63,788 nucleotides of DNA, filler included, from Octopus bimaculoides (GCF_001194135.2; 6 parts of 6 records of this genome joined end to end with filler, not necessarily neighbours in it); one strand, 5' to 3'. Numbered from the whole stretch's first letter, positions 51,393-63,788 are shown. Numbers and translations are program-made. The notes: generated by a model from the sequence alone, not told the origin.

Positions 51393-51913
51393 GTGGAGAA
51401 TGGACCAACAAATACAAGCCTATCATNNNNNNNNNNNNNNNNNNNNNNNNNNNNNNNNNNNNNNNNNNNNNNNNNNNNNNNNNNNNNNNNNNNNNNNNNN
51501 NNNNNNNNNNNNNNNNNNNNNNNNNNNNNNNNNNNNNNNNNNNNNNNNNNNNNNNNNNNNNNNNNNNNNNNNNNNNNNNNNNNNNNNNNNNNNNNNNNNN
51601 NNNNNNNNNNNNNNNNNNNNNNNNNNNNNNNNNNNNNNNNNNNNNNNNNNNNNNNNNNNNNNNNNNNNNNNNNNNNNNNNNNNNNNNNNNNNNNNNNNNN
51701 NNNNNNNNNNTATATATATATATATATATATATATCAATTAAATATATATGTATATACATACATACACACACACACACAGATATATATATGTATATACTT
51801 GTAAACATACCTATACATATGTGTATAAATGTGTATATATTTCGATATGCTTCCATACTTAAAAACATACCTAAATTCACATTCACACACACAAACCCAC
51901 GCGCACGCACACA

Positions 51914-51959
<46 letters not shown>

Positions 51960-52304
51960 TATATACACATATATATATATATATATGTGCATGCATATAC
52001 ATGCATGTCCATATGGGCACATCTGTAAAACTCAAAATATAAGTCGTAGTCTCTCCGGCTGTAAATGCGGAGACAGCAGTGAAAGAAATATTTAAAAGAA
52101 TCTGGTTTTACTTAAAATTTCTATAAAGCGAAAATGAGGTTTTTGTAAATGAGTGAAATGTATTTGACTTAAGTGTGTGAAGAGTTTGGTTTAAAATGTG
52201 CTTCTGTGAGATGAAGTACGTGGGCCAGCGCGCGCGCGTGTGTGTGTGGGTGCGTTAAATTGCTCGAATGTCGCTCTTTGACAGTTCCATTTCAGATGAT
52301 CAAT

Positions 52305-53547
52305 TAGAGTCTTGCAGATAAATTGAGACCAGTTTTAAGCAGTTGACGTAGTGGGTTTAGCATTTCATTTTTTTGACAAACCTTGCTTGCTTGAAAATCT
52401 AATTCCCATCTTTATTTCTCAGGTAAATAGCGAAATGATTCGACAACAGAAAGTTATAGAACAACAGAATGGTTCCACCATTCTTGTTTTGGTGTGCGCC
52501 GCGCACACTGCAAATAAAAATCGTTAAGTTGACGAAACTTCCAAAAGCAACAGTTTATCGTGTGTATAAACAATTTAAAGAAGAGAGGAAGATTGACTGA
52601 AAAGAACACAAGACTCGAAGTGATTCCAAGTGTAATCCAAAGTTTCTCTCTGGCCTCAAACGCTTGATTGGAGCTAACCCATCCCCATCCACGACAATTC
52701 TTGCAAAGAAACGCAATGTGTCCCTTTCCAGGGTGTCCAGAGCTGAGAACAAGAACCTTGGCATGATAAACTATGTTCGACGACGCCGTCACCTCTTAAC
52801 AGCCAAAACCAAAACAATCAGAACTGAGAGATGCCCAAAGCTTCTGTCATTCATCAAGCATCAAGGTGCAGGAAAAGCTCTCTTGTTTTTTGGACGAGAA
52901 GTTCTCTGTGGACGCTCAGGTAAATCGCAGAAATTCTCGAGTGATTGCATACAACCAGTCTGATGTCACACCGCCACCCTGTGTTTGAGACAAAGAATCC
53001 TGCCTCTGTGAAGGTTTTTGAAACCGTGGCGAGTGATGGAAGTGTCACGGATCCACACTTCATTAAGTCTGGCATGAAGATCGGCGCAAAGGAATATCTG
53101 GACATTCTGAAGAACTCCCGTACCTTGGATGGAACAGAAATTTAGGCTTGACAATGTGGTACTTATCTAGGATTCTGCACCATGCCATGGGTCAAGAGCA
53201 ACACAGGCCTTTCTTGGTGAGAAGGTGCCATTTTTTGTGAAGGCCAACATCTGGCCCAATAATAGCCCAGATCTCAACCTTCTCGATTACCTTTTATGGA
53301 GCATACTTCAAGCAAGGATCAATGCTTCACCACAATCAAGTGTCAACAGTTAGAAGACCTGCATCGTGCGTGAGACATGCAAAATCAAAAAGGCAGAGGT
53401 TGCGGCAGCTGCAAAAAAAAAAAAAATTCGTTCTCGTGTGGAGGCAGTAATTGTAATAAATGTTACACTAAAAACATACCTGACTACCATTTTAGTATTA
53501 TTTTAGTNNNNNNNNNNNNNNNNNNNNNNNNNNNNNNNNNNNNNNNN

Positions 53548-53588
<41 letters not shown>

Positions 53589-53834
53589 CACACACACATA
53601 TATGTATGTATGTATTATTACGGAGATGTACTTGCATAGCAAGTGACTTGTTCTGAGATGGTGTGCTGAAGAAAAAAAAAAACGATTGCAGCGTGGAAGA
53701 TGCTTGCGAGCCATTTAAGAACACAAAAAAATTGTTAGTTGCACTTCAACATTTAAATTTAATTTGTGTCAAAATATCCTCGTCGCTTTGAAACCGCGAC
53801 CTGTTCACTGATAAAACTTGATGCAGCACAAAGT

Positions 53835-53874
<40 letters not shown>

Positions 53875-54129
53875 TATGTGTGTNNNNNNNNNNAATGCTT
53901 CACCACAATCAAGTGTCAACAGTTAGAAGACCTGCATCGTGCGTGAGACATGCAAAATCAAAAAGGCAGAGGTTGCGGCAGCTGCAAAAAAAAAAAAAAT
54001 TCGTTCTCGTGTGGAGGCAGTAATTGTAATAAATGTTACACTAAAAACATACCTGACTACCATTTTAGTATTATTTTAGTATTTGTAAGCAGTTTTATGC
54101 ATCGTAAAAATTGTCCCAATTTATCTGCA

Positions 54130-54130
<1 letters not shown>
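52305..54130 (+). mobile_element. Tc1/mariner-superfamily DD37D (maT-type) transposon with TIRs
   Basis: ttgcagataaattgagac (52312-52329) is the reverse complement of gtcccaatttatctgcaa (54113-54130) with one mismatch, and a transposase pseudogene lies inside. Confidence 0.88.
52435..53480 (+). pseudogene. maT/DD37D transposase, frameshifted
   Basis: HTH-like TVYRVYKQFKE, (S)DEKFSVDAQVNRRNSR, VASDG, and DSAPCH-..-WPNNSPDLNLLDY with 37 residues between the 2nd and 3rd Asp. Confidence 0.9.
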
Positions 54131-54172
<42 letters not shown>

Positions 54173-54394
54173 NNNNNNNNNNNNNNNNNNNNNNNNNNNN
54201 NNNNNNNNNNNNNNNNTTAATTAATTAANNNNNNNNNNNNNNNNNNNNNNNNNNNNNNNNNNNNNNNNNNNNAGACATTTATCGATTGTAAATTTTGTCT
54301 GCAATTTGGAAATTATATTCTATGCATAACGGCCATAACTCCCATGAAAATTCATATATGTTTGATGTTGATGAAATTTTAACCCGAACATAAC

Positions 54395-54582
54395 AGATGA
54401 GCACTGTCTGTAGTTGGTCTTCTCTTGGAAGAGCCCCGCTTCTCACATGGACAACTGTATGTTGACTACTCAAGAGTGGGCAGCAAAAAAAAACCTATTT
54501 GCATATGCTTCACAAGGGAAAACAAGGAACATTGTTTACAACGAGGTGTTATAATCACAACAGCAAGAAAGTATGTACATGA
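54395..54582 (+). pseudogene. Helitron helicase extreme C-terminus
   Basis: LSVVGLLLEEPRFSHGQLYVDYSRVGS..KTRNIVYNEVL* matches the Pif1-like Helitron C-terminal motif. Confidence 0.9.
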
Positions 54583-54679
54583 TCACCTTCTTTTAAGAAA
54601 CTTCATTGACTTTCATATATTTATATTGATATACATATATATACGTGTGTTTGGGTGCGTGTGTGTGTTTATATATATA

Positions 54680-55490
54680 TCTCTCTATATAAAGATGAGA
54701 ATGTGTGTCTGTCGGTCTGTGTGTCTGTCTGTCTGTGTGTCTGTCTGTCTGTGTGTCTGTCTGTCTGTGTGTCTGTGTGACTCCCTAAAACTCGAGAACT
54801 ACACAACTCTCTTTTACAAACCCAGTGAAAATACANNNNNNNNNNAACTCGAGAACTACACAACTCTCTTTTACAAACCCAGTGAAAATACATATATTTC
54901 ATATATCAAAGAAATTCAAGCAATACATATAACACCAAAGTTAAAAACATTCCCAACAATTCCACGATCTCTAACCTCCAGAGCTATTGAAGAAACTGCT
55001 ATCATCAACTGACCAAGATTCCTAACATTTGCAAAACAAAATTAGACAATACGACGCTGTACTACAGATGACATCATTTGGAACCACAAGAGATTTAACT
55101 GATGCAGCNNNNNNNNNNGGCAGCATTCATCCAAACTTTCAAGATCCAACCTCAGATTTATCATCGCATTGTCTCTCTACTACCTCTGTCAAATGAATCA
55201 CCAAAATTGGCCTTTCATTATTTATAATCTGTACCTGTTTGTTTGGTTACGAAATAAAATACACAAAACGTGTTTCTGAATTACGTGTATTTACTTTATA
55301 TACATATGAGTTGAAAACTTTCTTCTAGCATTCCACTTAATATCTATGTTCTATGCTGGCATGGATTGGAGAGTTATTAATGTAGAAATATGGTATCGTA
55401 GCTACTAACAGTTGAGGGTTGCATAGTCTAGACGGCGTTTTAGATTTCATTATTCTCTTTAACCCGGGCAATGCCGGGTATTTCTGCTAG
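54680..55490 (+). mobile_element. Non-autonomous Helitron with both termini
   Basis: 5' A|TC-tctctatataaa plus a (TGTC)n tract; 3' hairpin cccgg-gcaatg-ccggg followed by CTAG|T at 55487-55491. Confidence 0.85.
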
Positions 55491-55504
55491 TTATTGATAT
55501 TTCT

Positions 55505-56240
55505 GAGGCTGCGAGCTGGTAGAATCATTAGGCCGCCGGACAAAATGTTTAGTGCGTTTTTATCCGGTTTTACGTTCTGAGCTCAAATTCCGCCGAGGCT
55601 GATTTTGCCTTTCATCCATCCGCATTCGATAAAATAAGAACCGGTTGATCACTGGGGTCAATGTAGTCGACTCATCCCCCTCTCTCGGAATTGCTGGCCT
55701 TGTGCCAAAATTTGAAACAAAGCTCGCAGAATCTTTAGTACGCCGGACAAAATGTTTAGAGGCATTTCGCCGGCTTTATGTTCTGTGTTGAAATTCCGCT
55801 GATCGATCGATAAAATAAATTCCAGTCAAATACTAGGGTCGACGTGGGTGACTACCCCGTTCCCCCGATATTGCTGGTCTTGTGCTAAAATTTGAAACTA
55901 TTATTATTATTGGTATCGTACAAGCAAAGCAGCAAGCTGGCAGAACTGTTACCACGGCGGACAAAATGCTGAATAGCATCTCTTCAGGCTTTGTAGTCTG
56001 AGTTCAAATTCCGCTGCGTGTGACGTTACCTTTTTTTTTCCTCCCCCTTTCGAAGGTGGCGAGTTGGCAGGATTGTTAGAGCGTCGTAAGAAATACTTTC
56101 CAGTATTTCTACTGGTCTGTGCATTCTGAGTTCAAATACCGCCAAGGTCAACTTTGCTTTCACCACCTCCGGTGGCGATAAGACACAATATCAATCTAGT
56201 ATTGATGACGGTGGTATTAACTAATTCATTCCCCACGAAT
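55505..56240 (+). mobile_element. Head-to-tail array of four family-B SINE units
   Basis: Heads at about 55510, 55722, 55930 and 56055. The first two end in the B2 tail. Confidence 0.88.
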
Positions 56241-56289
56241 ATACTACTTTTGTTTCAATCAGAAATAAGGATTACTATGGTACTGGCAA

Positions 56290-56355
56290 TGGAGGCATAT
56301 GACGCCATGATTATGGTTTTGGATTCATGATCGTAAGAGTTTGGTTTCGATTCCT
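56290..56355 (+). mobile_element. tRNA-derived SINE head (family E)
   Basis: ggaggcatatgacgccatgattatgg..catgatcgtaagagtttggtttcgattcct with a B-box-like gtttcgattcc. Confidence 0.5.
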
Positions 56356-56720
56356 ATCTATCTATCTATCTATCTATATAAATATATACATGTGTGTATG
56401 TCTGGTGTGTGTGTGCATGGCCCAACAGCTTAAAACTACGGTCACTAACAACATGCTATATTAAATCCGAGTGAAACAGAATTCATTTAACGAGATAGCT
56501 CTTATTACATCACCTAAGGAAATGCTTCTGTACCGAGGAATGCACTACAACTAGTTGTACAGTTTCCTACCCGCGAGGTATGGATGTAAGATGTGTCGGA
56601 ACGATTGTTGTGAGCATATAAACATTTAATCATTAAAGTGGTAAAACTATCAGGAAACCCATTCCTATTCGTTTCTTCAAATATATATTGGACCAAGGAC
56701 TTTCTCATTCTTATTCTACT

Positions 56721-56754
<34 letters not shown>

Positions 56755-56756
<2 letters not shown>

Positions 56757-56985
56757 GCGGCGAGCTGGCAGAAACGTTAGCACACTGGGCGAAATGCTTA
56801 GCGGTATTTCGTCTGCTGTTATGTTCTGAGTTAAAATTCCGCCGAGGTCGACTTTGCCTTTCATCCTTTCGGGGTCGATAAATTAAGTACCAGTTACGCA
56901 CCGGGGTCGATGTAATCGACTTAATCCCTTTATCTGTCCGTGTTTGTCCTCTCTATGTTTAGCCCCTTGTGGGCAATAAAGAAAT

Positions 56986-56987
<2 letters not shown>
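56755..56987 (+). mobile_element. Young full-length family-B1 SINE (Tx1-type tail) embedded in (GATA)n
   Basis: Intact head and core, tail gtttgtcctctctatgtttagccccttgtgggcaataaagaaataa, (GATA)n on both sides. Confidence 0.93.
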
Positions 56988-57041
<54 letters not shown>

Positions 57042-57399
57042 CTTATGAATGAACCAGAGACTGGACAGGTACATTATCGTCTTTCAGTTCATTGTATGAA
57101 CGATGTTAGCTAGCTCTCTAATCCAGTCTCTGAAACCCATTCCCAGGCAGTTTGGTTTGAGAAACTTTTAAAAAGCAACAAAAATTAACCTCACGCTAAA
57201 CAACGTCATAACGTTAACAACCAGCACTTCACTTCACATCTCTCCTCATCCCACACCTCACTGCTTCATCAGCTGTCATAAACACTACTTGGCATTCTAC
57301 ATTGCTGGTGTTGACAGCCAGAAATATTGACCTCGTCCCCACCGCCCGAACCTTCATCGCCATCCTTCCTCCACCACCCCACCTCCCGCCTCAGTCAAC

Positions 57400-57465
57400 T
57401 ACTGTAAACAACATCACTAATACCAGCTATGACCACCACCACCATCACCAGAACTACAACCACCT

Positions 57466-57522
<57 letters not shown>

Positions 57523-57940
57523 GCACCACTATTACTGCCACTATTTGCATTACCACCACCACTACTACCATCACATCTACTACCACCGCCACAACAATCA
57601 TCACTGCATCTACCATAAGCAAAAAGCACTGCAGCTACCACCACTACTACCACCACTAATGACACCACCCCCATTACCACATCTACCACCACCACTACTA
57701 CTAATACGGCTACTGTTATCACCACCACCATTAACACCATCACATCCACCACCACTGCCATCATCATCATCATCACCATTAATACATCTATCACCCTCAT
57801 CATCACGAACACTACAGTCATCATCGACACTACCAGCATTACAACCACCTAACACCACCGCCACCACCAGATCTACCAGCAGCAGCACCACCACCACCGT
57901 CACCATCATCACCACGATTGTCATCACTGTCATCAATAGG
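57400..57940. repeat. (TAC)n/(CAC)n/(CAT)n low-complexity tract
   Basis: Directly visible. Confidence 0.93.
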
Positions 57941-58131
57941 TGCAGTCAGTAATCATATGATCAAGTTAGCAATATTTGTTAGCAGATGTCGGGAGACAAA
58001 AGAGAGGTTGAATAGGTGCAATGTTACACGAATTATAGATCATAGCTTTCCCTCTGTCTTTCCTTCTTTCTTATCTTCCAACGTTACATGTCTCCGTACT
58101 CTTTTTCCACACCTCCTCACAAACCTAAGGT

Positions 58132-58226
<95 letters not shown>

Positions 58227-58349
58227 ATACATGATCCACATATATCTGCACCCTTCTCAAATCTCACCGTACACCACACACAAAGGCAAGCCCACACATT
58301 CTACAAACATATATAGACTACCACCACAGAGACACATTTCTACAAACCC

Positions 58350-58383
<34 letters not shown>

Positions 58384-58732
58384 AACATCTAACTATGTCC
58401 CCTATACCCCATACAGTCCCTCTTCTGTTTGGTTTGTTAAGTCTTAGATTCTACACACTTTACAAATAAATGGCAGAGCGATAATTGCTGCCAAATTTTG
58501 GTTTCATTCCATTAAATATAACAATTTATTTAGGTTCTATGATCTCAATTTGACCCCCATGTCTCTTTCTTTTTCTATCATTCTGCCAACTGTCTTCTCT
58601 CTCTTTCTTTCTATCACTCTCTCTCTCCTTCTGTTTATCTCTCATTCTGATGTCTTTCTTTTTCCCTTCCTCTTGTTTCAGTTTGTAGTATTTTGTGTCA
58701 GTCTATCTATCAATTTATTTACATATATACAT

Positions 58733-58791
<59 letters not shown>

Positions 58792-58891
58792 NNNNNNNNN
58801 NNNNNNNNNNNNNNNNNNNNNNNNNNNNNNNNNNNTTAATTAATTAANNNNNNNNNNNNNNNNNNNNNNNNNNNNNNNNNNNNNNNNNNNN

Positions 58892-59186
58892 GATTGTTTC
58901 AGTTAGTAGAATAGTTTCATTTTTAAAGTGAAAGTATTTGACATGAGTGTTTTTGTTTCACTTTTGACACGTAATACTTAAATAGTGGAGGAGATATTAT
59001 GTTGCCGTGGGCTCGAACTCTGCAAGAAGTTAAAATTTTTTTTTTGACTAAAACACAACTGGAACCCTAAGTAAGGCATCTGTAAAATTTGAATGAAATT
59101 GGTTGCGTAGTTCTCGAGTTTTAGGGATTCACACAGACAGACAGACAGACAGACAGACACACATTCTCATTTTTATATATATAGAT
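58892..59186 (-). mobile_element. 5' part of a non-autonomous Helitron, same family as 54680-55490
   Basis: Minus strand tctatatatataaaatgagaatgtgtgtctgtctg..ccctaaaactcgagaactac matches 54680-54800. Confidence 0.85.
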
Positions 59187-59370
59187 ATATATATATACAC
59201 TCAGATATAGGGACATAGACAATTAAATATGTATGACAAAAAGTAAATAAATCTATAAATTTCTCTGAACTTTTATTCATTCAATCGCCTGGAAAATATT
59301 TCTCGCACATTTCATTTGCCAAGCATACAATGACTGAACAAACACACTTCATTATCTATCTATCCATCTC

Positions 59371-59454
<84 letters not shown>

Positions 59455-59544
59455 GATAGATCGAGAGAGAGAGAGGTGGAAAGACAGCTATCGATAACTG
59501 AACAAACACATTGTGATCAATATAGATAGGTAGAGAGAGAGAGA

Positions 59545-59594
<50 letters not shown>

Positions 59595-59739
59595 TAAGAG
59601 GAACAGAAATAAAGAGGAAAGCGAGGGAAGGAGAACGGGAGAGATATTCTGCGTTTCCCAGTGGTTAGCACCTCTAAAACAAGGAACTACAGCAAGATCC
59701 ATTCTTCCTAATATATATTACCTCATTTCTTTATTTCCG

Positions 59740-59865
59740 TAGTGTGAGGTCGCTACGTAATGGCGACGACAGCGCAGTTGCCGCCCTTGTTCTACCTCAT
59801 TAGGTAGCCTCTATCTGATTGGTCACTAATTAGGCAGATACTTGCCGTTGCTATGACGACTGTTA
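59740..59865. promoter_or_regulatory. Candidate cis-regulatory element (CpG-rich, CCAAT box, RFX X-box-like motif)
   Basis: Local CpG cluster, ctgattggtc (59815-59824, reverse CCAAT box) and gttgctatgacgac (59847-59860, X-box-like). Motif matches only. Confidence 0.3.
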
Positions 59866-60619
59866 TTACTATTATTACTATTATTATTGCTATTATTATT
59901 ATTATGTACTACGTCCCAACCAAATGCAAGTTTCGATGATAGCATGACCTATTTTTTTATTAATTACACGTTACAAGCTTGACCTATATATACAAGCAAA
60001 CAAAGCTACACTATCTATCTACCTATTTATCTCTATTTTGTACATACGTATACATACATATATTATAAATATTTATAGTATATTTATACACATATACATA
60101 CATGTTATTATATATCATGTATATTGTATATGTATACATATATGTATTTATATATACATACACACACGTTCGTGTGAAGCAGTTTTTAAAAGAGAAATCG
60201 TAATAATGTAAAATTAACTGGAATTTTAAATCTTCAATTAATGTGTAGCAATGATAATTAATATTTAGGTGTGTTATTGTATATGTAAATATGTGGGTTT
60301 ATGTAGGTGTATATACAAGAGCGTATGCTGCCTCTGTGGTGTGTGTGTGTGTATGTGTGATACCTTTTTAATTCAAAACATAGTAACACAGACACGCTTG
60401 CGTGCATTTGTATACAAAAACAGATACATAAGCACACATACACGCAAAACGCATACACACACACAGTCACCTACACTGAAATACGTCTTGTACATGTATA
60501 AGTGATTTGTAAAACCTTTGCGATCATCACAGAATTGAGATGTTCGCCTATTCGTGTGTCATCATCGTCGCCTCCATCACGTGCGTGAATGTCGTCTGTT
60601 ATATACATACATACATGCG

Positions 60620-60820
60620 TACTGTTGTTTAACCCAGGTCAGCCCTTAGCGGACAGATCACTGACCAGTAATCCTTCTAACCGTAACCATCCATCCTATT
60701 TCAGACACTGTATAGCCAAGTACTACATTATCCGACGTGACATAATTTTAAGAAATCAATTGAGGGGTATATAGCTGCTATTTCTAGCGGATCACGGGAC
60801 CACGTAGAGGCTCCCAAGTT
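60620..60820 (+). mobile_element. Family-D short interspersed repeat
   Basis: ctgttgtttaacccaggtcagccc..tagctgctatttctagcgga..gaccacgtagaggctccc. A partial copy also lies at 50775-50845. Confidence 0.6.
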
Positions 60821-61573
60821 GGCTCGTGTTTGTGTATAGATTTTATGAGTCCAGTGGCGTTATTTATAAACATTGTGTTTATATTAAGTTATTTTAATGA
60901 GGACATTGTGAATACTTTTAAAAATCTATCAATAAGTATAGATTATCAAAGATCAATAGTGATGTGATAAATTTCTTTTTACGTCAATTTAATTGTAAAA
61001 ACTAAAATATGTTGGAGAAAGATGGAAAGTCATCCGTTGGGAAGAAAATAAACAATCGGAAAGGAAATGAGAGTTGTTGGGTGACATGGAGAAAATTAAT
61101 TAAAAAAAGATTAGCCAAACTAATTCTTCGGGTTTTGTTTGTTTGTTTGTTTCTAATTAGTATTAGTGTAATTAAACAGGAGATAATTAGAAGGAGGAAA
61201 AGGATTAGAAAATAAATTCTAGTTGTATGAAAACACGTTTGTAAAACGGAGAAGACAGCTTGATGTGTGCCTAAACAGAGAAAGACAAACGAAAGAATAA
61301 ATGGATATAATGACGACGATGACGATGTTGATGACGATGATGATGATGATGATGTTTGAAAAAGAAGCGCCAAGCACTTAGAACCAAAATTACTTTTTCA
61401 ACCCAAGAAACTGCAAAAAAAAAAAATAATAACGTATTTATAGTGTAATAAGCTAACATCATTTATCCTTGTTCCACATTTATTATCTTTTTATTTACCA
61501 TCGTCTTAGCTTTCAAATTATTCCAACATCTTCACATATCTTCTAATAACGACTCCACGATCTTTTTACTACT

Positions 61574-61605
<32 letters not shown>

Positions 61606-62344
61606 GCAATCTTTATCGCTTTCTCTTCTTTTCTTTCTCTACCCTTCTTTCTTTCTCTCTCTTTCTTCTCCACAACTTCTCTCTCTTCCCTCTTGCCTTT
61701 CGCCCCTCTCTGGCATTCCTCTACCTCTCTTTCTTCTTATCCTTTCCTTCTACTTCTCTGTCTTTTCCTTCTACTACTCCTATTCCTCTTCCCCTCCTAC
61801 CTCTTTGTACTTTCTCTTCTCTCCCTTTTCTACCACTCTTTTCCTACTCCACCGTTCTCCTTTTCTCTCTCTCTCACTCTATCTGGCTTACTCGCTTCCT
61901 CCTTTATCTCTCTTTTCCTTCTTTACCTATCACTTTAACTCTTCCTACCCCTCTGTTTTCACTCATATTCTCTTACTCCTCTGTCTTCCCCTCCATTACA
62001 TCCATCCTACCTCACAGCAATCTATTTTCCCGCTCTTCTCCGACTCCAACCTTCACATCTACTTTCACTCGTCCCCCCCCCTTGTTATCTTTACTGTCCC
62101 CATTTACTCAAACTCCCTTCATCACCATCTCTCTCNNNNNNNNNNNNNNNNNNNNNNNNNNNNNNNNNNNNNNNNNNNNTTAATTAATTAANNNNNNNNN
62201 NNNNNNNNNNNNNNNNNNNNNNNNNNNNNNNNNNNCTATGCTTCCATGCGTGTAAGGATCCGTTTCTCAATATGCATCTTTCTATCTATCTATCTGCATA
62301 TATGCACACACACACACACCAACACGGACACAGAAATACATGTA

Positions 62345-62500
62345 TGACACCTGACCGACCTGTCTATCAGATCTTGTTACACATCGCTGGTCACGATACA
62401 CTTATGCATTGTTTTAGCCTTCGAATGACGCCCCATCCCCCCCCCCTGCTCAGTCAGCGAATCGAACCCACAAACTTAGCGATCGGGTCAAGTGATGTTT
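62345..62500 (-). mobile_element. Family-E SINE remnant
   Basis: Minus strand gtgggttcgattc (B-box-like) then ggcgtcattcgaaggctaaaacaatgc..gtgaccagcgatgtg. Confidence 0.5.
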
Positions 62501-63788
62501 TGCAGCCTCATTCCCCATTGAAGTTGGCTGTTGCGACCTTCCGTCTAAATCGGAGCCTTATTTGCTGCAGCAGATAGGTCTGGAACCCAAACAATTGTAG
62601 TAAGCCATGAAAGAGACAGGCACGGAAGCGAAAACTACCTCAAGGTGGTTGATAAGTGAAACCCTTCTGTAAGTAAATACTTGTTCTATTCTCGCTGCCC
62701 CACTCAGGCGAAGTGTGCAGGTGAAACGCTTGTGACTCTGAGATATTTGCTGACGATACGGAAAAGTTTTCAGCTTTGCAACGGAACTAAAAGAGCTTTC
62801 AAGACCTCTGAGTCGTCCCTGGGGTTTCTGCGCATGGAAAACCATATCTGATATGTGTTTCATCTCACTTCTCCATAGTCCTGTCTTCTAACAGTCATAT
62901 GACGTATTCAATGTAGGAAAGCGTATCCTGACCTTCTTACCTGGATGTCACATGACCCTAATATATGAACGTAGACCAATCAATCTGAACGTTCTCGGAT
63001 AGCGTTCTGAGGCATATTTTTTCTTAACAAACAACGACAACGACCTGATAAAACACAATTTACGGCACAGCTCCATACAACATATCCTTTTGAAAATCAA
63101 AAGTGAAACCGGATATGTGTATTTATATAAATTAATATCTAAATAAACTCTAATATATTTTCTCTGCATTTTCATCTTCTGTTCTTCTGTGCTACCAATC
63201 GTTTGGTATATAGTTATGCTATATAATCTCTAATGGTTTGAATTGGTTCAGTGATAGTGGATTATTTTCGTGTACTCATTACAAGATAAAAATAAAAAAG
63301 TTCATTTGTTTTTTAATATCTGTCTCAAAGAACGTTTCGGTCCCTGATCTTCAGCGGTTGAGATATTTAAAACATTTTCGTTTATCGATTTAGAATATTA
63401 CTTCCAGCTACTAATTTGGTCATAAGTAAAAATTATTAACTAATATTTTTATAGTTATTAATTAACAAGAAAGCGAATTGGTATTAAAAAAAATTAGCTT
63501 TATTGCTTTTAGTAAACATCATTAGGGATCTTAGTCCTTTTCTAATATTTTGTAATATATCGACAAACGAAATTAATTGAAACCAACAAATACGTATAAA
63601 TTCTGACATTATCTATCGAAAGATCTATCGTGGCTCTATCGATACTTATAATTAGATTACTGGTTGGTCGCGACTTTCTATATGTATATATGATTTTTTA
63701 TAAAGGCTTAATGATGCTTGGGTATATCGATGTCGGATGACATGAGGTCGAAACTGTTGTTGTATCTACTAATATATATATATATATA

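Noticed and set aside
53600-53830. gtcgc/gcgac hairpin resembling hammerhead stem II
   Set aside because: No CUGANGA box, and GAGG in place of GAAA. It is probably an unrelated repeat lying between two gaps.
55505-56240. CRISPR-like repeat-spacer periodicity
   Set aside because: Units are ~200-bp diverged SINEs in eukaryotic DNA, with no constant short repeat and no cas genes.
62741-62760. IFADDT, resembling an RT catalytic motif
   Set aside because: No other RT motifs in flanking frames.
62941-63044. Minus-strand segment with strong acceptor and CAG|gtaaga donor
   Set aside because: Stops in all three frames. It could only be a non-coding exon, and nothing else supports that.
63321-63360. 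Minus-strand CTGAAGA..GAAAC hammerhead-like string
   Set aside because: Stem II does not pair in register and stem I has only one base pair.

Overview
AT-rich, repeat-dense eukaryotic (animal) genomic DNA from a gapped draft assembly. The SINE families and microsatellite load look like Octopus, which is my recollection rather than a database match. No complete host gene, rRNA, true tRNA or CRISPR array is supportable, and most listed ORFs are microsatellite or N-run artefacts. The window contains: (1) Penelope-like elements with a GIY-YIG endonuclease, inverted pseudo-LTRs and hammerhead ribozyme motifs (150-2600), plus an internally inverted Penelope RT fragment (30275-30997); (2) a Tx1/L1-clade LINE with both ends but no RT (11526-14907) and a second, older Tx1 ORF2 fragment; (3) R4/Dong-like and CR1/L2-like LINE fragments; (4) Helitron coding and non-autonomous pieces; (5) a DD37D (maT) transposon, a mariner remnant and MITE ends; (6) many tRNA-derived SINEs; (7) a few candidate host exons near 9.2-10.3 kb. 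The main observation is a modular SINE system: a shared core carries three different 3' tails, and two of them match LINE 3' ends in this window, one CR1/L2-like and one Tx1. Five 100-bp N44-TTAATTAATTAA-N44 spacers show that the window joins separately assembled pieces, so adjacency across them is unreliable. All alignments and translations were done by eye, and repeat boundaries are approximate.
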